Origin: Mobula birostris
Taxonomy: Eukaryota
DNA: 64,000 nt
Direction of reading: 5' to 3'
Assembly: GCF_030028105.1 (NCBI RefSeq)
Contig: NC_092395.1
Span: 1,512,057-1,576,056, forward strand
The translations under genes were made by a program, and so were the position numbers. Numbering within the stretch: the stretch's first letter is position 1; the number at the start of each line of letters is the position of its first letter. The notes beneath the pieces were generated by a model that was not told the origin of the DNA, did not search any database, and was given only the letters and a program-made list of their open reading frames with translations. Below, in pieces: positions 12,601 through 24,600 of the stretch.

Positions 12601-15600
12601 TTAAAAAAAAAGTGAGGTAGTGTCCAAAGATTCAATCTCCATTTAGGAATCGGATGGCAGAGGGGAAGAAGCTGTTCCTGAATCGCTGAGTGTGTGCCTT
12701 CAGGCTTCTGTACCTCCTACCTGATGTTAACAGTGAGAAAAGGGCTTGCCCCGGGTGCTGGAGGTCCTTAATAATTGATGCTGCCTTTCTGAGACACCGG
12801 TCCCTGAAGATGTCCTGGGTACTTTGTAGGCTAGTGCCCAAGGTGGAGCTGACTAGATTTACAATCCTCTGCAGCCTCTTTTGGTCCTGTGCAGTAGTCC
12901 CTTGCCCCCCACCCCCCTCCCCCACCCATGCCAGACAGTGATGCAGTTTGTCAGAATGCTCTCCACGGTACATCTATAGAAGTCTTCGAGTGTATTTGTT
13001 GACATGCCAAATCTCTTCAAATTCCTAATGAAGTATAGCCACTGTCTTGCCTTCTTTATAACTACATCGATACGTTGGACCAGGTTAGATCCTCAGAGAT
13101 CTTGACACCCAGGAACTTGAAACTGCTCACTCTCTCCACTTCTGATCCCTCTAGGAGGATTGGCATGTGTTCCTTCATCTTACTCTTCCTGAAGTCCACA
13201 ATCAGCTCTTTCATCTTACTGACGTTGAGTGCCAGGTTGTTGCTGCGGCACCACTCCACTAGTTGGCATATCTCACTCTTGTATGCCCTCTCGTCACCAC
13301 CTGAGATTCTAACAACAATGGTTATAACATCAGCAAATTTATAGATGGTATTTGGGCTATGCCTAGCCACACAGTCACATGTAGAGAGAGAGTAGAGCAG
13401 TGGGCTAAGCACACACCCGAGGTGCGCCAGTGTTGATCATCAGTAAGGAGGAGATGTTATCACCAATCCACACAGATTGTGGTCTTCCAGTTAGGAAGTC
13501 GAGGATCCAATTGCAGAGGGAAGTACAGAGGCCCAGGTTCTGCAACTTATCAATCAGGATTGTGCGAATGATGGTATTAAATGCTGAGTTATAGTCAATG
13601 AAAGGCATCCTGACGTAGGTGTTTGTGTTATCCAGGTGGTCTAAAGCCATGTGGAGAGCCATTGAGATTGCATCTGCCATTGACCTATTGTGGCAACAGG
13701 CAAATTACAATGGGTCCAGGTCCTTGCTGAGGCAGTTCAGTCTAGTCATGACCAATCTCTCAAAGCATTTCATCACTGTCGATGTGAGTGCTACTGGGTG
13801 ATAGTCATTAAGGCACATGCGGTGATAATAAACCTGATTCTGATTGTGCATGCTTTTTCCACTGAGGTTGAGTTAGACTGCACTCAATGGGTTAAGGATG
13901 AAAGATTAAATGTTTAAAGGTAACATGAGGAGAAACTTCTTCAGTGTCTGGTGAGAACCTGAATGAGCTGCCAGTGCAAGTGGTGAATGCAATTTCGATT
14001 TCAATGTTTGAGAGAAGTTTGGATAGGTACATGGAAGGGAAGGCTATGAAGAGCAATGGTCCAGATGCAAGAAAATGGGACTAGGCAACTTGAATGGTTT
14101 GGAACTGAATGGATGGGCTGAAGTCTGTTTTTGTGCTGTAATTTTCGATGACTCTGACCTGTCTTTGAAAAGTGCGAGATAAGCTAAAAAGTTAAGCCAT
14201 GCCTCTGTAGGACTTTATTTCTTGGAGCATACAAGACTGAGGGGTGATCTTACCGAGTTGTGATAAAATCATGACGAGCTTAGAAAGGTTGAACTCTGCC
14301 ATGGATGGTCTCAAACCCGGCTGTGAAAGGAGGAGAGTTGGGCATGGGGCTAGCAATCCTATTCTGTAAAAACCCAGTGCTACAGAAACACCAACAGAAG
14401 CTCCAAAGACCTCAATCCTGGGAGAGGAAGGATACAACAAGAACCTGGAGACAATGTGAAAGACTGGCCCAGGACAGAGGACTCTGGCAAGCTACTGTCA
14501 GAAGCCCATGCCCCAGTAGAAGAAGAAGATAGGTGGAAGACATAGAGTTGGGAAATGAAGAACAGGGCACAGATTAAAGGTGAGAGGGGAAAGATTTAAA
14601 GGGGACCCAAGGGGCAACTTCTTCACACAGAGGGTGGTGGGAAGACAATGAGCTGCAGGGGGAGGGTACAATTACAACATCTAAAAGACACTTAGACAGG
14701 AACACGGACAGGAAATGTTTAGAGGAAATGCAGGCAAACAGACCCAACTGAAGTCAATATGGTCAGCATGGATGAATTGGGCTGAAGGGTTTGTTTTCGT
14801 GCTGTACAACTCAATGACTATGCCACATCGATAAGATTAGCCTGGGCTTAGCATGGCCAAGTGGTCGTTCAACACTGTGAGAGATTTGGAAGATTATTAT
14901 ATAAATGCTAGAATAATTGTGAGAAATTAATCTCCATACCCCCTCAAAATCTTAGTAGAAGAGAACCTGGGCTTGCTTCCCCTGCTACAACCCCCCAAAC
15001 TTCCACTGTAAAAGCACTGTACCTGCGGACTTCCCATGTGACGGTTCATCGCCAACATAATCAGGTCTGTTCCTCCAGCATTGACGATCGCATCCTTAAC
15101 CTCGTCATTACCTGCGATAGCTCGAAATGCACCCAGCACCTGCCTAACCAGCTCCTACAGTTTGTGGGGGGACAGAGAAACAGGAAGGAAAAAACAAAAT
15201 CAGTCATTGCCATTTCTGCCACAGTGCTGCAGGTCTCATTCGGACAGAGGTTACTATGGTAGCCAGCATGAGCACACAGTGTCTTAGGGGTGCCATGATA
15301 GTGTAGCAGTTAAATAAAATGAAACAAAAAAAGCAGGGCCAGTATATTTGCACATGGCCAGACAGATTTACCAACTGCAGACATGCCAGCACAGTCTGAA
15401 CAGGAACTCCCTCCAGAGGCACAAAAGGTTAAGCAGCTTCCCAGCTAATCTACTAGAAGATCAGCCAGCTATACTGAATTGGGTGTTATGTAATGAACCG
15501 GAGGCAGTTAGGGAACTTAAGGTAAAGGAACCCTTCGGAGGCAGTGATCACAATATGATTCAGTTCAACTTGAAATTTGACAGGGAGAAAGTGAAGTCTG

Positions 15601-18600
15601 ATGTAGCAGTATTTCAGTGCAGTAAAGGAAATTACAGTGGTATGAGAGAGGGCTGGTCCAAACTAAACTGGAAGGAGATGCAGGGAGGGATGACAACAGA
15701 GCAGCAATGTCGTGAGTTTCTGGGGAAAATGAGAAAGGTGCAGAATAGATGTATTCCGAAAACAAATAAATACTTAAATGTTAAAATAGTACAAATGGAA
15801 ATTCAAAGCAAATAGAGAATTAACACAAGTAAAGGGAAAGATTTGGGAAAGGGATAAAAAATGGAAAAATTAAGTAAATAAGTACATAGGGATTGGATAA
15901 TTATGTCTGCGGGCAGGAGCAAGCATGAACAAATTAGGATATAAACACCTACAATGGTTGTTACATAGGCTTATATACAACATTTTGGACCAGTGGAAAT
16001 GGTCCAGAAGAGTTATATGGAAACTATTATTACCATTTTTCTTAACAACTAATACCATTACTTAGCCTAATAGATTAGAATTACCACAGTACATAATTAT
16101 CTATTTAAGTGTCTAATTTCCTTTTATATCATCTCAATGTGTACTTAAGAATGTATAAATAATTATAGTTTTATACATATAAAAAAATGGAAAAGGTTAT
16201 ATGTGTCAAAAAGTACATGATATTTGTGAATTCCTTATCCAAATAAAAATAAAATTTAAAAAAAAGAAAGTTGGAGGGGGAGGGGGAGATCCAAAATGAT
16301 AGGAGAAGACAGGAGGGGGAAGGATGGAGCCAAGAGCTGGACAGGTGATAGGCAAAAGGGATACAAGAGGATCATGGGACAGGAGGTCCGGGAAGAAAGA
16401 CAAGGGGGGGGGGGGGACCCAGAGGATGGGCAAGGAGTATATTCAGAGGGACAGAGGGAGAAAAAGGAGAGAGAGAGAGAATGTGTGTATGAAAATAAGT
16501 AACAGATGGGGTTCTCCAGCCTCATTTTCTCGCAGTTCTATATCCACTCACATCTCTCTCTTATTTTTGTTAATTAATACCGAATATTGAAAAGCCTAGA
16601 TACAGTGGACGTGGACAGGATGTTTCCAATAGTGGGAGAGCCTAGAACTAGAGGGTATAGCTTCAGAATACAAGGGTATCCCTTTAGAACAGAAATGAGG
16701 AGTAATTTCTTTAGCCAGAGAGTGAATCTGTGGAATTCATTGCCACATATAGCTATGGAAGTCAAGTCATTGAGTATATTTAAAGCCGAGGTTGATAGCT
16801 TCTTGAATAGTCAAATTTTATTGGGAGAAGGCAGGAGAATGGGGTTGAGATGATTAAGAACTCAATCATGATGGAATGATGGAGCTGACTTGATAGGCCA
16901 AATGGCATAATTCTGCTCCTATGACTTGTGGTCCTGTGGTCTTACGGCTTTAATTCAGCCACAAATAGTCTTTACTTTGCAGATATTGAGGGTAGTAGTG
17001 GAGACTGTAGGATATAGGTTAGCCAATTGTTCAGAAGTTTGTTTGAGAGAAGTGTTCAATGGGAGAACGACTCTTTGGTAACACACAAACTGCTGGAGGA
17101 ACTCAGCAAGTTAGGCAGCATACATAGATGGGAACAAACAGTCAATATTTATGTCTGAGATCCCTCATATCACTGCCCAAGTATAAATTCACAATTTGTA
17201 ATGATGACATGAAATTCATTTGTACAAAGGTTTCATAATGTTATTTTTAGGTGTGAGAATTGTATTTTAAATAAATCTAGGGAGTCTGTAAAAAAAAAAA
17301 AGGAAATTCAAAGCAAAAAGTAAAAGCAAAAGAGAGGGCATACAACAAAGCAAAAATTAGCGGGAAGATAGAAGATCGGGAAGCTTTTTAAAAGCTACAG
17401 AAAACTAAAAGGATCATTAGGAGGGAAAGATGAAATATCAAAGCAAGCTATCAAACAATATCAAGGTAGATAGAAAAAGCTTTTTCAAATATATAAAAAA
17501 TGAGAGATGAAAGTGGATATAGGACCGCTAGAAAATGAGGCTAGAGAAATAACGGGGACAAGGAGATGGCAGATGAACTAAGTGAGTATCTTCCATCAGT
17601 CGTCACAGTGGTAGACACTAGTAGTGTGCCAGCTGTTGAAAGGTGTGAGGGAAGAGAAATGAGTGCAGTTACTATTACAAGGGAAAGAGTGTTCAAAAAG
17701 TTGAAAGACCTAAAGATACATAAGTCACTTGAACCAGATGAACTGCACCCTAGGATTCTGAAAGAGGTAGCGGTAGATATTGTGGAGGCATTCGTAATAA
17801 TCTCTTAAGAATCATTGGACTCTGGCATGGTTCCAAGAGGTAATGTTGTAGCTGTATAGGACCCTATTCAGACCCCATTTGGAGTACTGTGCTCATTTCT
17901 GGTCGCCTCACTACAGGAAGGATGTGGAAGCCATAGAAAGGGTGCAGAGGAGATTTTACAAGGTTGTTGCCTGGATTGGGGAGCATGCCTTATGAGAATG
18001 GGTTGAGTGAACTAAGCCTTTTCTCCTTGGAGCGACGGAGGATGAGAGATGACCTGATAGAGGTGTATAAGATGATGAGAGGCATTGATTGTGTGGATAA
18101 TCAGAGGCTTTTTCCCAGGGCTGAAATGGCTGCCACAAGAGGACACAGGTTTAAGGTGCTGGGGAGTAGGTACAGAGGAGATGTCTGGGGTAAGTTTTTT
18201 AACTCAGAGAGTGGTGAGTGTGTGGAATGGGCTGCCGGCAACGGGTGGTGGAGGCGGATACGACAGGGTCTTTTAAGAGACTTTTGGATAGGTACATGGA
18301 GCTTAGTAAAATAGAGGGCTATAGGTAAATCTAGTAATTTCTAAGGTAGGGACATGTTCGGCACAACTCTGTGGGCCGAAGGGCCTGTATTGTGCTGTAG
18401 GTTTTCTATGTTTCTATGGTTCCAGAGGACTGGAAAATTGCAAATGTCACTCCACTCTTTAAGAAGGCAGCAGAAAGGAAATTATAGACCAGTTAGCCTG
18501 ACTTCAGTGGTTGGGGAGATGTTCAAGTCAATTGTTAAGGGTGAGTTTATGGAGTACTTGGTGACATAGAACAAGATAGTCATAGTCATAGTCATACTTT

Positions 18601-21600
18601 ATTGATCCCAGGGGAAAATGGTTTTCGTTACAGTTGCACCATAAATAATAAACAGTAATAATAATAGAACAAAGTCAGCATGGTTTCCTTAAGGGAAAAT
18701 CCTGCCTGATGAACCTGTTGGAATTCTTTGAGGAGATTACAAGTAGGATAGATAAAGGGGATGCAGTGGATGTTGTATATTTGGACTTTCAAAAGGCCCT
18801 TGACAAGGTGCCACACATGAGGCTGCTTACCAGGTTAAGAGCTCATGGTACTACAGGAAAGTTATCGGCGAAGTTCGAGCACTGGCTGATTGGTAGATGG
18901 CAGCGAGTGGGAATAAAAGGATCCTTTACTGGTTGGCTGCCAGTGACTAGTGGTGTTCTGCAGGGGTCAGTGTTGGGATCGCTTCTTTTTATGCTGTATA
19001 TCAATGAGTTAGATGATGGAATAGATAGCTTTGTTGCCAAGCTTGCAGGTGATACAAAGGTTGGAAGAGGGGCAGGTGGTGTTGAGGAAACAGGAAGGCT
19101 GCAGAAGGAATTAGACAAATTAGGAGAATGGGCAAGAAAGTAGCAAATGAAATGCGATGTTGGAAAATGCATGGTCATGCACTTTGGTAGAAGAAATAAA
19201 TGTGCAGACATTTTGTTAAATGTGGAAAAAATCCAAAAATCTGAGATGCAAAGGGACTTGGGAGTCCTTGTGCAGAACACCCAAAAGGTTAACTTGCAGG
19301 TTGAGTTGGTGGTGAGGAAGGCAAATGTAAGTGTGGGACCCATAGTAATGTGGAGCATATTAATGGACATTGGATACCCCCCTAATTTTCTTATATTATA
19401 TTCGTATTATTTTTATTGCTTTGGGTTGTTATTTTGTTCATTCACAATTTGATTAATGTTCAGTTGCACTAGCAACGGTAATATTTTAGTGGGTTGGTTG
19501 ATGGTTAAGAGGGGCAAAGCTTATACAAGCACTTGGGGCAGCTGAGGGGTCCTGGGGGGCACGGGAGTGCGCACGTGATGGAGTAGACGGAGACAGCCCG
19601 GCAGCATGCATGGAAAGCCGATGCGCTGTAGTCCGGTATTTCCAAAAAGGAAAATAAAGACGTTATTTTAAACTTCTGCATGCCTGGAAGTCCCTTTTGT
19701 GTCCAAGTGTGCAACATAATGCTACCATTAATTTCAAGAGGTCTAGAATACAAGAGCAGGGATGTGATGCTGAGGCTTTATAAGGCACTGGTGAGGCCTC
19801 ACCTTGAGTATTGTGAACAGTTTTCGGCTCCTGATCTAAGAAAAGATGTGCTGGCATTGGAGAAGGTTCAGAGGACGTTCACAAGGATGATTCCAGGAAT
19901 GAGGGTTACCATACGAGGAGTGTTTGATGGCTCTGGGTCTGTACTCGCTGGAATTCAGAAGGATGGGGGGAATCTCATTGAAACCTTTCGAATGTTGAAA
20001 GACTGATACAGTGTAGATGTGGGAAGGATGTTTCCCATGGTAGGGGTGTCTAGAACAAGAGAGCACAGCCTCAGATAGAGGGGCATCCATTTAAAACAGA
20101 AATGCGGGGAAATTTCTTTAGCCAGAGGGTGGTGAATTTGTGGAGTTTGTTACCACAGGCAGCTGTGGAGGCCAGGACGTTGAGCGTATTTAAGGCGGTG
20201 ATTGATAGGTTCTTGATTGGCCACAGCATCAAAGGTTACGGGGAGAAGGCCGGAGAGTTGGGAAAATAAAGGATCAGCCATGATTGAATGGTGGAGCAGA
20301 CTCAATGGGCCAAAATGGCCTAATTCTGCTCGTACGTCTTATGCTAATTCAGCATCAGCCATAGACAGTGCTCTCAACTTGCTGGTCTTGGTCATGGAGA
20401 ATAGGGTTGAGAGAGACAATAAATCAGCCATGATAGAATGCAGGAACAGACTCAATGGGCTGAGTAGTCTAATTATGCTTCTGACCTATCGTCGTCTGGT
20501 CAAACGAGGAATTGGTCAACTGACTGGTTCTAGGCACAGAATCACAACTCGTCCCATCCAAAGTTTCCCACCACTTACACCTTCCTTTTCCTCAAAGTGC
20601 GAACCTCAAGTTTTTGGTTCATTTTCTTCTCAACACCAGCCGCTTTTCCAAATGCTGTCCAGCCACCTTTCCTTTCCTCCCACTCCAGCACCAGAAGTAT
20701 TTCCAGTTGCCAGATCTCTACACTCACTCCACCATGGACAAGCCCAGATGGGAAAGGAGGAGGGTTGTGCATTGGGCTAGCAACCCAATCCCGTAAAAAC
20801 CCAGAGCTCAGAAACGCCAACAGAAGATGCAAAGACCTCATCCCTGGGAAAGGAATAATCTTTGAAGATGGGTTACACCTGGGGGCAACGTGAAAGACTG
20901 GCTCAGATCACAAAATTCTGGCAAGCTGTTTTCGGCACTCAATGCCCAGTAGTGGTGATGGGCCCAAGAAGACCTCTACACCTACGGTCTGCGAAAATAA
21001 TTTTTACTGCTTTCCTTTACCTTCGTAGGTCTTCATTAACACCTTTCTTTGAATAGAACTTCCAATCCCCTCCACGTCACTCTCTCATGATGTGCTTGGG
21101 ATATTTGTTAATTAAATTTTAATTGCGTTTAGATATGAATATTGTGTAAAATTAATCAGATTACTACATTGCATGCTAGAAAGCACACCACGGTAATGTA
21201 GTGATTAGCATGACACCATTACAGCTCGGAGTTTGGCGTTCAACTCCGATGTCATCTGCATGGAGTGGGTTTCCTCCCACAGTCCAAAGAGGTACAGTTT
21301 AATTGTCCTGTGATTTTAGGCTAGGGTTAAATCGAGGGTTGCTGGTGGAGCGGCTCGAAGGACCAGAAGGGCCTATTCAGCACTGTATCTCAATAAACAA
21401 TAAATACGAAAGTCTGAATGCCCTTCCTTCACCGATATGGGCACAGCTCATAAGGTCTGCTGAGACCACTGTCAACCAGATTTCTAGTGCTTGGGAGAAT
21501 TGCTACACATTTAATTGATTACAGCAGTGTACACTGGATAAATTCCTCTGTTAATAACTATTACAAACTAATACATTTTTGTAGTACTGTAGTACTATTA

Positions 21601-24600
21601 GTAATGTTCCAATTTGTTCTGTCTTTCATGTAAATACATAATTTGTTTCTCAGTTAGTCTTCTTTATACCTCTAACTAGTTTCATGACACTTTGGCTGAT
21701 TGGAGCAGCCACTTGATTGGGCCAAAATGTACTAGTCCTGATGTGTCCCAAATCACTAGAATCTACTGTGTTAAAAAAAACTCCCAACTCCTAATTCATC
21801 TAATCAGTGACTGCTGTAAATGCCAACCCTGGGCATTCTCTCTTCTCCCCTCTCCCACTGGGCAGAAGACACAAAAGCATGAAAGTACACATTACCAGGT
21901 TCAAGGATCACCTCTACAGCACTTTTATAAGACTATTGACTGGGCCTCTTGTCCTCATGATCTACCTCATTATGACCTTGCACTTTATCATTTACCCACG
22001 TTTTTCCAATAGCTCAAAATTCAAGATTTAAGTTTATTTGTCGGCTGTGCAAATGGTGTTCAGCTCACTACTCCACAGGGTTTACTCACTTCAGTGCTGA
22101 GCTGACTCTGTAGCCATGGCCTGTAAATATCAGCTCTCACCTCAGCGCTGAACTGGCTCTGTGACTGTGGACTCTGCCATTAATGCTCTGTGTGCTATTT
22201 GTTTACTTTTTTATTGCTTGCACAATTTGTTCTCTTTTCACCCCACACATTGGGTGTTTGATGGGCTTTGCTGTGTGGCGTTTTTTTAAAATGGGTTCTA
22301 TTGTGTTTCTTTCTTTTGTGGCTGCCTGCAACAAGACAAATCTCAAGGATGTATACAGTATACTGTACATACTTTGATAATAAACATACTTTGAACTTTG
22401 TACATTTTTATTCTACATTGCTATTGTTTTATCTTGCTCTACCTCGGTGCACAGTGTAATGATTTGATCTGTCTGAACTGTACACAAGACAAGGTTTTCA
22501 CTGTATCACGGTATGTGTGACAATAATAAACCCATACCAGTTCCAATTTAAGGCCCCTGGCTTTGGACAACTCGACAAACAGAAACATCCTCTCTATATC
22601 TACCCTACTGAACCCCTGCTTAATTCTGAGACCCTCTAATCTAGCGGTGGTGGAAATGAAGGAGGGGTTACACACCCGATGTATCGAGCAGTGGTGGAAA
22701 TGAAGGAGGGGTTACACACCCGATGTATCTAGCGGTGGTGGAAATGAAGGAGGGGTTACACACCCGATGTATCTAGCGGTGGTGGAAATGAAGGAGGGTG
22801 GAAATGAAGGAGGGGTTACACACCCGATGTATCGAGCAGTGGTGGAAATAAAGGAGGGGTTACACACCCGATGTATCTAGCGGTGGTGGAAGTGAAGGAG
22901 GGGTTACACACCCGATGTATCTATCAGTGGTGGAAATGAAGAAGGGGTTACACACCCGATGTTCGATACAGTGGTGGAAATGAAGGTGCAGCTACACACC
23001 CGATGTATCTATCAGTGGTGGAAATGAAGAAGGGGTTACACACCCGATGTTCGATACAGTCGGCCAGCAGAGCAACCATGAAGTTCAGACCTCCCAGATC
23101 CACAATGTCTTGGCAGAACTCATTCCTGACAGCAAGACGCGACAGGGTGCAGCACAGCTCACTGAGGACGGTGGGGTTTTCTGTGAAAGCTGCATTGGAG
23201 AGAAGATAATTGCAATAATAAAACATCTTTCACTGTGCTTTACAATCAATGCATTGTTGTAATACAAGTATGCAGGCTAACTAATTTGGGCACATCTAGC
23301 TCTCAAAGTTTGCCACTATTACATGCTAACTGAAACTCAGTTACAGACACTGTTAGTAAATATACTGTATGGGGATGATACCTAGTTGTATGAGGAGAAA
23401 GATCCTTGGCTTATATGAATCTTGAGCTGGATAGTGGATGTGGGTACAACAAGACATAGGAACATAATTAGGCCATTCCGTCCATCGAGTCTGTTCCGTC
23501 ATTCCATCAACACTGACTTATTATCCCTCTCAAGTCCCATTCTTTTGCCTTCTCCCAGTAACCTTTGATGCCCTTAATAATCAGGAACCTATCAACCACC
23601 GCTTTAATTATACTCAATGTCTTGGGCTCCACAGCCATCCTCGGCAATGAATTCCACTGATCCATCACACTCTGGCTAAGGAAATTCTTCCTCATCTCTG
23701 TTCTAAGTGGACATCCTTCTATTCTGAGGCTGTGCCCTCTGGTCCTAGACTCCCCCACTAAAGGAAACATCCTCTCTACAACCACTCTATCTAGGCCTTT
23801 CAATATGTTGCAATGACAACCCCACCCCCCAATCTTCTAACCTTCAGCGAGTACAGGCACAGAGCTACTAAATGCTCCTCATACATTAACCCTTTCATTC
23901 CCAGGATCATTCTCAGGAACATCCTCTGGACCCTCTCCAACGGCTGCACATTCTTAGATAAGGGGCCCAAAACTGCTCATTATGCTCCAAGAAAGCAGCC
24001 AAGTCAACCTCTCACTCAGTGGCAGCCAAGGAACTAATTATTGACTTCAGGAGGAAAGCGGAGGTCCATGAGCCAGTCCTCACTGAGGAATCAGAGGTGG
24101 AGAGTGTCAGCAACTTTAAATTCTTGGGAGTTATCATTTCAGAGGATCTGTCCTGGGCCAAGCACATAAATGCAATTACAAAGGAAAAAATGGCAGGAGT
24201 TCTAATTCCTTAGAGGTTTGCAAAGATTTGGCATGACATCTAAAAGTTTTGGATAAAATTCTATAGAAGTGCAGTGGACAGATATTGACTGGTTGCAGCA
24301 CAGCCTGGTATAGAAATACCAATGCCCTTAAATGGAAAAACCTACGAAGAGCAGTGGATATGGCCTAGTCCATCACCAGTAAAGTCCTCCACACCATTAA
24401 GCACATCTACACAGAACGCTGTTGTAGAAAAGCAGCATCCATTATCAAGGACTCCCCACACCCCTAGCCAGCTCTCTTCTCATTCTGCCAAAAGGAAAGC
24501 GATGTAGGAGCCTCAGGAACCATATGCCCAAGTTCAGAAACAGTTATTACCCCTCAACCATTAGGCTATTGAACCAAAGGGGATAACTTCACTTGCCCGT

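Larger units (their letters stand above)
15455..20345 (+). mobile_element. CR1 LINE (ORF2 through 3' end) interrupted by at least four nested insertions
   Basis: [52 protein letters not shown] fragments in colinear order. Confidence 0.85.

Noticed and set aside
17199-17260. C-box-like ATGATGA suggesting a C/D snoRNA
   Set aside because: No downstream CTGA D box or terminal stem, and it is antisense to the host gene.
22439-22675. ORF beginning like the extension of ARMC6 exon 4 (CNPSFISTT)
   Set aside because: It is the last minisatellite unit running into CR1 debris, not an exon.
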